In this document: positions 1-9,855 of the stretch, piece after piece
How the letters are laid out: the number at the start of each line of letters is the position of its first letter
Position numbering within the stretch: position 1 is the stretch's first letter
Source: an uncultured Dehalococcoidales bacterium
GTDB taxonomy: Bacteria > Chloroflexota > Dehalococcoidia > GIF9 > UBA5629
DNA length: 64,000 bases
NCBI GenBank assembly: GCA_964548415.1
Contig: CAZJQG010000004.1
Location: forward strand, 4,259 to 68,258
Reading direction: 5' to 3'
The notes under the pieces: model-generated
Told to the model about the DNA's origin: nothing
What the model saw: only the letters and a program-made list of their open reading frames with translations
The model's database searches: none
Made by a program: the position numbers and the translations under genes

Positions 1-501
1 TCCGACGCCAATACACTGGTATGCGGCGCCGGCGGGTTCTGCGACGGCAAGACGCTGGCGGCGGCGCTGGTCATGGGTGCGGACGGTGTGCTAATGGGGA
101 CTCGCTTTCTGGCAACTCAGGAGAGCGATTTCCACCAGATCTGGAAAGAAGCTGTTGTGGAATCAGGCGACAGGGCGACTCTGGTAGCGCGCGGCTTTGT
201 GGGACCGGCAAGGTGGTTGAAAACGCCGCGCAGCCAGGAACATGCTAAGCAGACCCTCCAGAAATCGCCCGGCGTTTTTCTGGGTGCTCCCGATGATTAC
301 TCGACCATCGACATGTCTTTGATTCAGTATGAGATCGAATCTATAAAAGCTACCTTCGAAGGGAATAAGGAAAAGGCGATGATGGCAGCCGGCGAAGCGG
401 CCCAGCGGATTAAGGATATGCCTAAGGTAAATGATCTGGTTCAGAAGATCGTTTCTGATGCCGAGGGCATCCTCAAGAATGTTCCAAAGATGTTAGGTTA
501 A
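1..501 (+). CDS. Nitronate monooxygenase / FabK-like FMN oxidoreductase, C-terminal part (5' end lies outside the window)
   Basis: Frame 1 is open from base 1. The translation ...GAGGFCDGKTLAAALVMGADGVLMGTRFLATQES... matches the C-terminal TIM-barrel signature of the NMO / 2-nitropropane dioxygenase family. Confidence 0.75.
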   Translation, partial: SDANTLVCGAGGFCDGKTLAAALVMGADGVLMGTRFLATQESDFHQIWKEAVVESGDRATLVARGFVGPARWLKTPRSQEHAKQTLQKSPGVFLGAPDDYSTIDMSLIQYEIESIKATFEGNKEKAMMAAGEAAQRIKDMPKVNDLVQKIVSDAEGILKNVPKMLG

Positions 502-514
502 ATTTTTTGTTTTT

Positions 515-835
515 TACCCTCACCCTGCCCTCTCCCTAGAAATAGGGAGAGGGTTTTTGTTTGGAAACTAAGAGGGGTTGCACCCCTCTTAGCACTTCCT
601 GCTTCTAAAAGGAAAATAGTTTTTATAAAGAGGGGCTGCGCCCCCTCTTAAACTCCCCAAGATATAAGGGGAGGGACTAAGAAGGGTTGCACCCTTTTTA
701 GAATTTACCGCTTTCTCCGTCGTGTCATTGCGAGTCCTTCCTGCATAAGAAGGCCGTGGCAATCTCATCCCCACCAGACACCACCGCGATCCTCACGTCG
801 TCCTTCTTGAGAAGGACTCCTCAGGATGACACGAG
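515..835. repeat. Mosaic intergenic hairpin-repeat element, locus R1 (modules A, Bx3, C, D)
   Basis: Module A hairpin is CCCTCTCCC-loop-GGGAGAGGG. There are three copies of module B, CTAAGAGGGG-TTGC-ACCCCTCTTAG. Module C is GTGTCATTGCGAG...GGCAATCTCATC. Module D is TCCTTC-TTGA-GAAGGA...CAGGATGACA. The same modules recur at five other loci. Confidence 0.85.
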
Positions 836-895
836 GAAAATTGAAATCTATTGACACATGGTTCCATCGGCTATATTATGTGGCGAATGGAGAAA

Positions 896-3733
896 ATGAT
901 GCGTAAAAAGATATTCTTCTTTTCAACAGCCCTTCTCGTACTATTATCACTACTGGTTTACCCGCTGGCCGACTTGATGCCCGGGAACCGTACCTCAAAC
1001 ACCACAGCTTTATCGACAAACAGTAGTGTGGCTACGGCATACGGCCAGCTGCCCGTACTCTTCATCCGGAACCAGGGGCAGCTGGACAGAACGGTCAAGT
1101 ACTACGTTAAGACGCCGGCGCAGACGCTCTATTTCACTAAAGAGGGCATTGTCTTCGACCTCACGCGCCATAACCAGGCTGAAGCGGCCGGCAGACAGGT
1201 TGAAAGGCTGGTCTTCAGCCTCGACTTTCTGGGAGCGAACAAAAAGCCGGCCGTAGAGGGTACGGACAAAGATACCGCCGTAGTCAATTACTTTAACGGC
1301 AATGACCCACGGATGTGGCGCACCGATATACCAACCTATGGAGAGGTGGTGTACCACGACATTTATCCTTCCATCGACCTCAGGCTCCGCGGAGAGGGAA
1401 ATGCGCTGGAATATGATTTTATCGTTAAACCAGGAGCCAAACCGGAAGATATAACTCTGGCCTACAACGGTGTAGATAGCCTGGCAATCAAAAACGGCGA
1501 GCTCGTGGCCGGCACTGCCTTCGGCTATATAACGCAGGACAGGCCGTACATCTACCAGCAGATTGGGGATGAAACCATGAAGGTGGCCGGCGGTTTCAGA
1601 CTCGGCGCTGGCAACACCTATGGTTTCTATGCGACGGCTTACGATGAGCGCTACCCACTAATCATAGACCCCACGCTGGCCTACTCCACCTACCTCGGCG
1701 GCAGCAGGTTTGATCAGGGAAGTGGCATAACCGTAGATGCAGCCGGTTGTGCCTACGTTACCGGATATACCGGGTCCAGCGACTTCCCCACCCAGATACC
1801 CTACCAGGGGACAAATGCCGGGGCTAACGACGTCTTTGTAGCCAAGCTATCGGCAGCGGGAAACAACCTTATCTACTCAACTTACCTGGGTGGCAGCAGT
1901 GGTGACTCTGGAGGTGGCATAGCCGTGGATGCCGCAGGCTGCGTCTACCTTACCGGGGACACGAATTCCAGTGATTTCCCCACGCAGAACCCCTATCAGG
2001 GGACAATAGCCAGCAGCGATGATGCCTTTGCAGCAAAGCTGTCGGCGGCGGGAAACAGCCTCATCTACTCAACATACCTGGGCGGCAGCTCGACTGATTC
2101 GGGAAACGACATAACTGTCGATGCGGCAGGCTGCGTTTATATCTGCGGAGATACATCTTCAAACAACTTTCCCACACAGAACCCCTATCAGGGGACGTTA
2201 TCCGGTGGTGGTGATGCTTTTGTAACCAAGCTAACGGCGGCGGGAAACAGCCTTATCTACTCAACGTACCTTGGCGGCAATAGTGGTGAGTTGGGACGTG
2301 GCATAGCTGTGGATTCGGCCGGCTGCGCCTATGTCACCGGATTCACGACTTCCAGCAATTTTCCCACACAGAACCCCTATCAGGGGACGATAGCCGGTGC
2401 GGGTGATGCCTTTGTTACTAAGCTGTCGGCGGCGGGAAACAGCCTGATTTACTCCACCTACCTTGGCGGCAGTTCGACTGATTCGACAGCTGGCATAGCC
2501 GTGGATGCGGCGGGCTGCGCCTATGTCACCGGACATACGTCATCCAGCAACTTCCCTACTAAAAACCCGTATCAGGGTACATTAAACGTGAAGGACGATG
2601 CCTTTGTGACAAAGTTTGCGGCGGCGGGAAATAGTCTCAATTATTCTACTTACCTGGGCGGCAGTGACCTCGATGTGGCAGGCGGCATTGCTGTGGATTC
2701 GGCGGGCTGCGCCTATGTCACCGGATATACGCTATCAAGCAACTTTCCGACGCGGAACCCTTATCAGGGTACGAACTACGGGGGTGCTAATACCTTTGTG
2801 ACCAGGCTGTCTGCAGCCGGGAACAGCCTCAGCTACTCGACCTACCTTGGCGGCAGCAGTGGTGACCTGGCAATGGGCATAGCCGTGGATGCAGCCGGGG
2901 GCGCTTATATCACAGGACGGACGAATGCCAGCGACTTTCCTACTCAGAATCCCTATCAGGGGACATTGGCCGGGCTTTTTGATGCATTTGTCTTCAAGTT
3001 TAGCCTTATCCCGCCCAAGGTAACCACTAACGCTGCCACCGGTGTCAGCCTGAATTCAGCTACGCTCAATATGAGCTTCAGCCCTGGTGGGGAAATTGAC
3101 ACGGTCTATGTGCGGTTCGCCTATAAGACAATTGCGGACTCCGACTGGACCTATACGCCATATGTTTCACAGTCTGCGGCAGGCACTTATGCCGAGACAA
3201 TTAGCGGACTCCTTCCCGGCATTCCGTACGATTTCAAGGCGCAGGTTAAATACCTGGCCAATGTGGTCGACGGAGAGACACTACAGTTTGTCACGGGTTC
3301 GCTGTCCCAGCCGCATGTCTCGCCGCCATTGCCCGGCCAGCTCAATCAGGCAAAGGTATACGTGCAATATCTGAACGTAAATCCGGGGCAGGCGTCGGCG
3401 GACCAGCCGGTTATCATCAGCACCAATGTAGTCAATACCGGCGACCAGGCCGGCAGCCTCGACGTCGTGCTCAGGATAAACGGCCAGACGGAGCAGACAA
3501 GGCTGGTCAGCGTGGGCCCTAAGGCAACCCAGCCGGTCAGGTTTACTGTTAGCCGGACACAGCCCGGGACTTATGCCGTGAATATATTCGACCAAGAAGG
3601 TAGCTTCACTGTATCCGGCGACAGCACACCCGGTAGTAAGCCGGTTAATAGCGGCGTAATCGTGGTGCTGGCCTTGATGGTTTTGGTTTTGACAGCGGCT
3701 GTCCTTCTGGTTTTGAAGTTCAGATCTAGCTGA
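896..3733 (+). CDS. Secreted SBBP beta-propeller repeat protein with C-terminal CARDB-like domain and TM anchor
   Basis: Seven ~60-aa repeats of YSTYLGG-x7-GIAVDxxGCxYVTGxTxSxxFPTxNPYQ. The N-terminus is hydrophobic (MMRKKIFFFSTALLVLLSLL). The C-terminal block VVNTGDQAGSLDVVLRINGQ...GTYAVNI is followed by a TM helix and a basic tail. The start was chosen at the Met before the signal peptide. Confidence 0.8.
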   Translation: MMRKKIFFFSTALLVLLSLLVYPLADLMPGNRTSNTTALSTNSSVATAYGQLPVLFIRNQGQLDRTVKYYVKTPAQTLYFTKEGIVFDLTRHNQAEAAGRQVERLVFSLDFLGANKKPAVEGTDKDTAVVNYFNGNDPRMWRTDIPTYGEVVYHDIYPSIDLRLRGEGNALEYDFIVKPGAKPEDITLAYNGVDSLAIKNGELVAGTAFGYITQDRPYIYQQIGDETMKVAGGFRLGAGNTYGFYATAYDERYPLIIDPTLAYSTYLGGSRFDQGSGITVDAAGCAYVTGYTGSSDFPTQIPYQGTNAGANDVFVAKLSAAGNNLIYSTYLGGSSGDSGGGIAVDAAGCVYLTGDTNSSDFPTQNPYQGTIASSDDAFAAKLSAAGNSLIYSTYLGGSSTDSGNDITVDAAGCVYICGDTSSNNFPTQNPYQGTLSGGGDAFVTKLTAAGNSLIYSTYLGGNSGELGRGIAVDSAGCAYVTGFTTSSNFPTQNPYQGTIAGAGDAFVTKLSAAGNSLIYSTYLGGSSTDSTAGIAVDAAGCAYVTGHTSSSNFPTKNPYQGTLNVKDDAFVTKFAAAGNSLNYSTYLGGSDLDVAGGIAVDSAGCAYVTGYTLSSNFPTRNPYQGTNYGGANTFVTRLSAAGNSLSYSTYLGGSSGDLAMGIAVDAAGGAYITGRTNASDFPTQNPYQGTLAGLFDAFVFKFSLIPPKVTTNAATGVSLNSATLNMSFSPGGEIDTVYVRFAYKTIADSDWTYTPYVSQSAAGTYAETISGLLPGIPYDFKAQVKYLANVVDGETLQFVTGSLSQPHVSPPLPGQLNQAKVYVQYLNVNPGQASADQPVIISTNVVNTGDQAGSLDVVLRINGQTEQTRLVSVGPKATQPVRFTVSRTQPGTYAVNIFDQEGSFTVSGDSTPGSKPVNSGVIVVLALMVLVLTAAVLLVLKFRSS

Positions 3734-3738
3734 TTGTA

Positions 3739-4046
3739 TTCACCCTCACCCTACCCTCTCCCGTCAAGGGAGAGGGTTTTCCTTTGGAAACTAAGAAGGG
3801 TTGCACCCTTCTTAGAACTTCCCGCTTTTGACCCCGTGTCATTGCTCGGCAATCTCATCTTGCCTGCCAGCTCTAGTCGAGATCCTTCGTTCACGCTTAT
3901 TCCACCATGGTTCGACAGGCTCACCACGAGCGGTAAATAAAATCCCTCTTAGACCTCTCTGCTTTTGCTACTCTGTCATTGCTCGGCAGTCTCATCTTGC
4001 CTGCCAGCTCTAGTCGAGATCCTTCGCTTCACTCAGAATGACACCG
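3739..4046. repeat. Mosaic intergenic hairpin-repeat element, locus R2 (modules A, B, then module C duplicated)
   Basis: CACCCTCACCCTACCCTCTCCCGTCAAGGGAGAGGG is followed by CTAAGAAGGGTTGCACCCTTCTTAG. A ~57-nt internal direct repeat, GTCATTGCTCGGCA(A/G)TCTCATCTTGCCTGCCAGCTCTAGTCGAGATCCTTCG, occurs at ~3836 and ~3973. Confidence 0.85.
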
Positions 4047-4187
4047 GGCAAAAATCCCTCTCCCTCTAACAGTTGCATAATCGGATACGTAGTCCTACAA
4101 TGGGGAAGCGAGAGGTGGAGCGTGAACGGACCTCACCGGCACGAAAGATTTGAAAAACCAGGCCACTCCAAAAATCGTTCCGTTATT

Positions 4188-5680
4188 TTGTTGAAGAGGG
4201 TATGGCTGTACGTCCAGCATAACTCCTTTATAATCGGCCTGCTCAGCCTCATCTGGTTCGCCGTTAGAACCGGTACCAAGCCATCCAGAGCTGTCTATCC
4301 TTGCCAGCAAGCAGCTGCAGCCAATAGCTATGCTTGGCTGGCAGCTTATATTTTGCCGCTGTTCGCCGGAGTGGTGAGAAGGACGGGTCAGCTCTATGCC
4401 CGAAGAAATCTAATATTTACGGGCATGGCAGCGCTGGCAGTAGTTGTATCCCTGATATTTTCGGTATGTACTGCTCCCGGAGGTAGCGTGGGTCCGGAGC
4501 CCTCCGGTCAAGTTGCTGCGCTCACCCTGTCGGAGAAACAGGCGGCAGCCGCACCGGCCTCGGATATTTTTGTCCTGCAGGGGACTTCGGGGAACGACCA
4601 GGGGATTGCCGAGTTGATAGACCTCATGGGCGATCACAATTTTCAGTTCTATAACTCATCTGCATCAGGAAAGAACAAAGGTCCGTCCGGCCTCATTGCC
4701 AGGGATGATACCGTCATTATCAAGGTCAATTCTCAATGGGACGAGAGGGGAGGGACCAATACCGACGTGGTCAAAGCCCTGATCTCAGCTATCGTGCAGC
4801 ATCCTGATGAATTCGCCGGTGAGATAATAGTTGCCGACAACGGCAGGCTCAGAATGGCCCAACATATCAAGGCGGCAGCTTAAACTATAGTAGAAACAAT
4901 GCGGAGGACATTTCTCAGTCGGTCCAGAAAGTGGTTGACTCCTTTGCCGGTTCCCATAAAGTGTCGACGTATCTCTGGGATACTATCACCAGACAAAGAG
5001 TTCAGGAATACTCCGGGGGAGACATGACCGACGGTTATATTGTCGATCAAACCATCAATCCCAGGACGGGATTGATGGTTTCTTATCCGAAGTTTAAGAC
5101 CGAATACGGCACATATGTCAGTTTTAAGCTGGGAATCTGGAATCCGGAGACGCAAGCCTATGACAGCGGCCGGCTAAAGGTAATCAACGTTCCGGTGCTC
5201 AAGAGCCATGATGACTTTGGCGTCACTGCCTGTGTTAAACATTATATGGGAGTACTTTCATACAACCTAACGATACAACTGGGAAATAATGCACATGAAG
5301 CAATATTGACCGGCGGTCTGGGAACAGAGATGGTGGAAACGCGGTTTCCGGTGTTAAATATCGTCGATGCTATATGGGTGAACGCACTGCCTTATGGGGG
5401 GCCTACATCGTCGTATAGTGGTGCCACAAGAACTAATGTGATTGCCGCCAGCCAGGACCCTATAGCCCTCGATTACTGGGGGGCCAAGCATATACTATTA
5501 CAGATAGCGCAAAACACAAAATACTTTCGTCTTTCAACTGTGTTGGATCCAGACAACGCGTCACAGACAAACTTATTCGGGCAGTGGCTGAGATTATCCA
5601 TGGAGGAGATAAACCGGGCCGGTTATCAGACGACGGTTGACGAAGTCCACATGAACATCTACGTGGGCCAGTATCAGTAA
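4188..5680 (+). pseudogene. DUF362-family protein interrupted by a single-base frameshift near 4845 (true pseudogene or sequencing error)
   Basis: ORFs 4038..4883 and 4931..5680 are the N- and C-halves of one DUF362-like protein (DDTVIIKVNSQWDERGGTNTDVVKALI...IIVADNG, then NVPVLKSHDDFGVTACVKHYMG...DAIWVNALPYGGP). The second frame is already open from 4823 and reads ...QAQNGPTYQGGSLNYSRNNAEDISQSVQKVVDSF. The start is uncertain (TTG at 4188/4191) because the ORF's annotated 5' end runs into repeat R2. Confidence 0.6.
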
Positions 5681-5887
5681 AACCGCTCAATAAATCATTT
5701 CTACGGGCGGCTATTCCCAGCGTCTCTACACTATACTAAAAAGAAGCAAGAGAAATACTCATGGTTATCCCCCTTAGTAAAAGGGGGACTAAGGGGAATT
5801 TTTAATAAATACTGTTCTTGAAACCGTTGACAGTGCCTACTATGTTGTACAACAATAGCATAAATGCGGTTCTTCAGGAGGTCAATA

Positions 5888-6598
5888 ATGGCAATGTATG
5901 AGTACACCATGGACGAAAAGGTGGCGGTGCTCACCATGAATGAGACTGTATTCAATATAAATTCCCTTACTGAATTTCTGTCCATGCTGGACCAGATAGA
6001 AAAGGACACCGACGCCAAGGCGCTGGTGGTCGGGTCGAGCGATGAGAAGATATGGTGCAACGGCATAGACCTCAACTGGCTGTTACCGTACGTCCAGAAA
6101 CAGGAGAGAAAGATAACCGATATGTTCTCCGCCAAGCTGAACGAGCTTCTCAAAAGGTTACTCGTCTATCCTATGATTACCGTGGCTGCCATTACCGGCC
6201 ACGCTTTCGCCGGCGGAGCCATAATGGCGTGTTGTTTCGATTTCCGCTTCATGAGAAAAGACCGCGGCTTCCTCTGCTTTCCGGAGGTCGACCTGGGCAT
6301 ACCTTTTATTCCCAGCATGACCGCCATGGTTAGAAAAGCCATGCCGATGTATATGGTAGAGGACATGCAGCTCACGGGCAGGAGAGTTACCGCCGACGAA
6401 CTGGAATTACGCCACGTCATAAGGAAGGCCTGCACGATGGACAAACTGATGGGTGAAGCCGTGTCCTTTGCCAAGGGGCTGAATAAGCAAAGGGCAATAG
6501 TGGGTAAATTGAAGAGTGTGCTGCACAAGGATATTTTGACGGTAATGGAGGTGGATGACCCGCCTGCCATTAAATCATTATATGATTCAGGGTTTTAA
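5888..6598 (+). CDS. Enoyl-CoA hydratase/isomerase (crotonase) family protein
   Basis: The crotonase fold motif AAITGHAFAGGAIMACCFDFRFM...FPEVDLGIPF is present. AGGAGG lies 6 nt upstream of the ATG at 5888. Confidence 0.85.
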   Translation: MAMYEYTMDEKVAVLTMNETVFNINSLTEFLSMLDQIEKDTDAKALVVGSSDEKIWCNGIDLNWLLPYVQKQERKITDMFSAKLNELLKRLLVYPMITVAAITGHAFAGGAIMACCFDFRFMRKDRGFLCFPEVDLGIPFIPSMTAMVRKAMPMYMVEDMQLTGRRVTADELELRHVIRKACTMDKLMGEAVSFAKGLNKQRAIVGKLKSVLHKDILTVMEVDDPPAIKSLYDSGF

Positions 6599-6607
6599 TC
6601 TTATTAA

Positions 6608-6745
6608 TTCACCCTCATCCTGCCCCCTCCCTCAAGGGAGAGGAACAAAAGTTAAAGATTAAAAGCCAAAGGCAAAAAAGTTTTCATCCAGATCCCGGCC
6701 GAGATTCCTCATCCTTCTGCGGAAAGACTCAGAATGACAATATCA
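6608..6745. repeat. Mosaic intergenic hairpin-repeat element, locus R3 (near-identical to R5)
   Basis: CACCCTCATCCTGCCCCCTCCCTCAAGGGAGAGGAACAAAAGTTAAAGATTAAAAGCCAAAGGCAAAAAAG...GATTCCTCATCCTTCTGCGGAAAGACTCAGAATGACA. It shares a long identical string with locus R5. Confidence 0.85.
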
Positions 6746-6838
6746 CTCACTCCCCGGGGTTATATTCGAAGGTGTCTTGCCCCTCTTATACTTCCCTATA
6801 TTTGAAAATGGGGCCTTGCCCTGCTTAAACTTCGCTGG

Positions 6839-7654
6839 CTACTGGATGACCTTGGTGCACATGAGGCGCCAGGCGGTGCTGTCGAGACTGACGGTTCCCC
6901 AGTAGGCCTGCTTGGCAATCGTTACGTCCGTTTGACGGTCGACGATGTTGTAGCTGCCGGAGCCGGATTCCTCGGCGACCATCCTATGTCCCAGCGCGAG
7001 CAGGTCGGTGTAGTCTTTGAAGGTCGGGTCGGTGAACAGGTTCAGACCGGTATCGATACCGGTTGAATCGTAGAGGTTCAGGCCATCCAGCTGGACTACG
7101 TCCAGGGCAATATCCGTACCTCTCAAAATCGGTCTGGAGGCGCCGGCCAGCATTGTTTCAGGAGCGAAAAGCACGCTTATAGAGCCGGCGAATTTGGCAT
7201 TTTGAGTTTCAATGGGCCACATGAGGACAACGGCGTTCATGCCTTCTACCGCCGGGAACATCTGGCTGAGCATGGGTTTCTTGCTCTGCATGAATTTAAC
7301 CGTTACATCCTGGGTACTGATGTCCGTGCCTTCGTAATTGCGATAGGCATCGGGAGCTACGGTGACCATCATGCCCGCGGGATCAGTGGTGCAGGCATCG
7401 ATTATGAAGGGATATTTGGCGGCCAGGCCGTTCAATATGTTCCCGGTTTCGTCGCCACTCAATCCGGCGCGGGACAGCTCCACAGCTGCGTTCTTCACAT
7501 CGAGGTCAAGTTTATCGAGTTCTGCTTGGACAGCTAATGTAATTTGCTGATTGGTTGTTTTTAGCTCTACTTGCGTGGCGTCAGGGGTAGTGCAGCCGGC
7601 CACTGTGAATATGAGGGATATAGACAGAGCTAAGAGAGATAGTTGTTTTAACAT
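6839..7654 (-). CDS. Lipoprotein with a Cache/PDC-like extracytoplasmic sensor fold (function unknown)
   Basis: Signal peptide plus lipobox (LIFTVAGC). The central block YPFIIDACTTDPAGMMVTVAP...YEGTDIS...KKPMLSQMF...VVLMWPI resembles Cache/PDC ligand-binding domains. No output domain is present. Confidence 0.5.
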   Translation of the reverse strand: MLKQLSLLALSISLIFTVAGCTTPDATQVELKTTNQQITLAVQAELDKLDLDVKNAAVELSRAGLSGDETGNILNGLAAKYPFIIDACTTDPAGMMVTVAPDAYRNYEGTDISTQDVTVKFMQSKKPMLSQMFPAVEGMNAVVLMWPIETQNAKFAGSISVLFAPETMLAGASRPILRGTDIALDVVQLDGLNLYDSTGIDTGLNLFTDPTFKDYTDLLALGHRMVAEESGSGSYNIVDRQTDVTIAKQAYWGTVSLDSTAWRLMCTKVIQ

Positions 7655-7765
7655 GGTTTGGTCTCCTGTTTTATTGATGTTTAAAAATATTGTAACAGAT
7701 GGGGTGGTTTTTAGAAACCTTCCAATAAAGCTAACATTTTGGGTTTTGGTTTTTGGATTTTATTA

Positions 7766-7903
7766 CACCCTCACCCTGACCCTCTCCCGTCAAGGGAGCG
7801 GGAATTGGGGTTATCTAAGAAGGGCTTCGCCCCTCGTAAACTCCCAGTTTGACTCCGTATCATTGAGAGGTCCCGATGCAATCGGGGCCGTGGCAATCTT
7901 ATC
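7766..7903. repeat. Mosaic intergenic hairpin-repeat element, locus R4
   Basis: ACACCCTCACCCTGACCCTCTCCCGTCAAGGGAGCGGG is followed by CTAAGAAGGGCTTCGCCCCTCGTAA and then GTATCATTGAGAGG...GTGGCAATCTTATC. Confidence 0.85.
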
Positions 7904-7920
7904 TTTAGCTCCATGTTTAG

Positions 7921-8340
7921 TCATGTAGCCGTCTTAAATTCACCGTTAATCCCCGCGGATTTCCAGAAGATGAGGGAGACGACCATTATGAAGAGCCCAA
8001 CTACCATGGTTATGGTCAGATAATATTCGGGCACTCCGATTCCCGTGATGTTGTATATGGCGGTTCCCAGCAGCGACCGGATGCGCACGTAGCTAGCGGT
8101 GGCGTCATAGTGGCTGCGAAGCCAGTATTCCAAGTCGGTTATGGGACAGAACTTCCATATTTTGGTCGACAACATAACTTGAAGACCCACAGCTGCGCTA
8201 ATGAACACCCAGAAAAATATTTTCCAATTGCGGTGGGCCCTGAAAACACCGGCGGCCAGAAGTACCGCCGACACGGCAAAGAAGGCTATGAGGAGCAGGT
8301 GCAGCCCGGTAACCGTATCGGCCAAGAACTTCCACGGCAT
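7921..8340 (-). CDS. Small integral membrane protein (DUF2784-like)
   Basis: Four predicted TM helices and a conserved-looking CPITDLEYWLR motif, as I recall it from DUF2784. The family assignment is from memory only. Confidence 0.5.
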   Translation of the reverse strand: MPWKFLADTVTGLHLLLIAFFAVSAVLLAAGVFRAHRNWKIFFWVFISAAVGLQVMLSTKIWKFCPITDLEYWLRSHYDATASYVRIRSLLGTAIYNITGIGVPEYYLTITMVVGLFIMVVSLIFWKSAGINGEFKTAT

Positions 8341-8380
8341 GTTTGTTGAAGCAAATTATAGCTTAAGTTAAATTTTTTAT

Positions 8381-8520
8381 ACACCCTCACCCTGGCCCTC
8401 TCCCTCAAGGGAAAGGAACAAAAGTTAAAGATTAAAAGCCAAAGGCCAAAAAGTTCTAATCCACATCCCCGCTGGGATTCCTCGTCCTTCTACGGAAGGA
8501 CTCAGAATGACAGACTGAGG
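8381..8520. repeat. Mosaic intergenic hairpin-repeat element, locus R5 (near-identical to R3)
   Basis: ACACCCTCACCCTGGCCCTCTCCCTCAAGGGAAAGGAACAAAAGTTAAAGATTAAAAGCCAAAGGCCAAAAAG...GATTCCTCGTCCTTCTACGGAAGGACTCAGAATGACAG. Confidence 0.85.
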
Positions 8521-8584
8521 AAAAAGTGAAGCCGGCACGGGGGTGATGTGCCAGCTTCTGTGAGGTGAACATAAAGTAATTTAG

Positions 8585-9754
8585 CTATTCTTTGAAAGTC
8601 AGGGTGATGACTCCTGCGACCCTTATCTTGTCGCCGTCGCGCAGCAGGTATTTGCCCCCGTTGTCGATTCTAGAGCCGTTGAGCTTGGTGCCGTTGGTAC
8701 TGCCGCGGTCCTCGATGAAGCAGTCATCGACTTCGCAGATGAACTTCAGGTGGTTCCGCGAAATAAGGTCGGCTTTTCCCGGTTTCAACAGCGAACTAAA
8801 GTCGCTCCGGCCCAGTGACCCTTTTCCGGACAAAGACAGGTGCTCACCATTGGACAATTCGAACCTCGGTCCGGCGCCGGGTGTGGTGGCCGGAACCCAG
8901 TCCGCGGTCTGCGTGGCCACGGCGTATCCAGTCCTCTTGCCGGAAGGGGCCGGAGCCAGGGCCGGCCTTCGGATAAAGAGGACGATGGCCGCAGCGATGG
9001 CTACAGCCAGCAGACCGAGCAGCGTGATCACCATGCCCAGATTGTCGGTGACCTCGCTGAGACCGCCGGTCAGCACCGTAGTATTTGGTGCGGGGTCTAC
9101 CACCGTGGACACCGGGGCGCTTGTGGTGGGGTAGCTGTAAACATAGGGTGCTACGGTCACCGTAGTGCTGGCGCTGGCGTTGCCACCGCTGCCGGTGGCG
9201 GTTAAGGTATACGTGGTGTTAGAACCCGGGCTCACATTATATGAGCCGGAGGCCTGGACGGTACCGATGCCGGGAGATATTGTGACCGAAGTGGCATTTG
9301 TGGTAGTCCAGCTGAGCAGAATACCCTGCCCTGATTGAATATAAGACGGGCTGGCCGAGAAGGAGTTGATTACCGGCACGTAAACCGGAGGCTGGCTCGG
9401 GTACGAGTACGGGTATGGGTACGAGTAGTGGTATGACGGTATGATTAACCAACTTGATACATACGGAGGCCACCTTAAACCATAGGGGTAGTGATAGTAG
9501 TCACCGTCAGTCGGTGGATAGTGCCATGGCCAGTGCCAGCCATCATCCGGTGGTGATGGTGGAGAGGGCGGAGACGGTGGTAATGGCGGAGAAGGTGGTA
9601 TGGGTGGGACCGGTGGATATGGCGGCCCGACAAGTATGGTGTCAGTGGTCACGTTATCGGAGGCAAATGCCTGCGACACCGGGAATAACTGCGCGGAGAA
9701 CAGCAGTAGTGCTGCTGTTACCGCCAGGATGAGAAAACCTTTTTTGAACCTCAT
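8585..9754 (-). CDS. Single-pass membrane protein: signal peptide, Pro/Tyr-rich region, Ig-like ectodomain, TM helix, cytoplasmic C-terminal FHA domain
   Basis: The FHA signature is GRS...ISRNHLKF...IEDRGSTNGTKLNG...GDKIRV. The TM segment is VITLLGLLAVAIAAAIVLFI. GGAGG lies 5 nt upstream of the ATG. Confidence 0.85.
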   Translation of the reverse strand: MRFKKGFLILAVTAALLLFSAQLFPVSQAFASDNVTTDTILVGPPYPPVPPIPPSPPLPPSPPSPPSPPDDGWHWPWHYPPTDGDYYHYPYGLRWPPYVSSWLIIPSYHYSYPYPYSYPSQPPVYVPVINSFSASPSYIQSGQGILLSWTTTNATSVTISPGIGTVQASGSYNVSPGSNTTYTLTATGSGGNASASTTVTVAPYVYSYPTTSAPVSTVVDPAPNTTVLTGGLSEVTDNLGMVITLLGLLAVAIAAAIVLFIRRPALAPAPSGKRTGYAVATQTADWVPATTPGAGPRFELSNGEHLSLSGKGSLGRSDFSSLLKPGKADLISRNHLKFICEVDDCFIEDRGSTNGTKLNGSRIDNGGKYLLRDGDKIRVAGVITLTFKE

Positions 9755-9855
9755 TTAACCCTCCAAAATTTTATTTAGCTTGAATATCAGTACCGAGCAA
9801 AGGATCAATGCTGCCGTCATTAAGAAAATGGCCTTTTTCAATTTGGCGTCTCTCC

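Noticed and set aside
589-4013. Short ORFs 589..774(-), 3734..3940(+) and 3828..4013(+), which encode peptides such as SPSPYPLPSRERVF.
   Set aside because: They lie entirely inside the mosaic hairpin repeats (R1, R2). The peptide strings are the well-known translation artefact of these repeats. They have no RBS and no coding-like composition.
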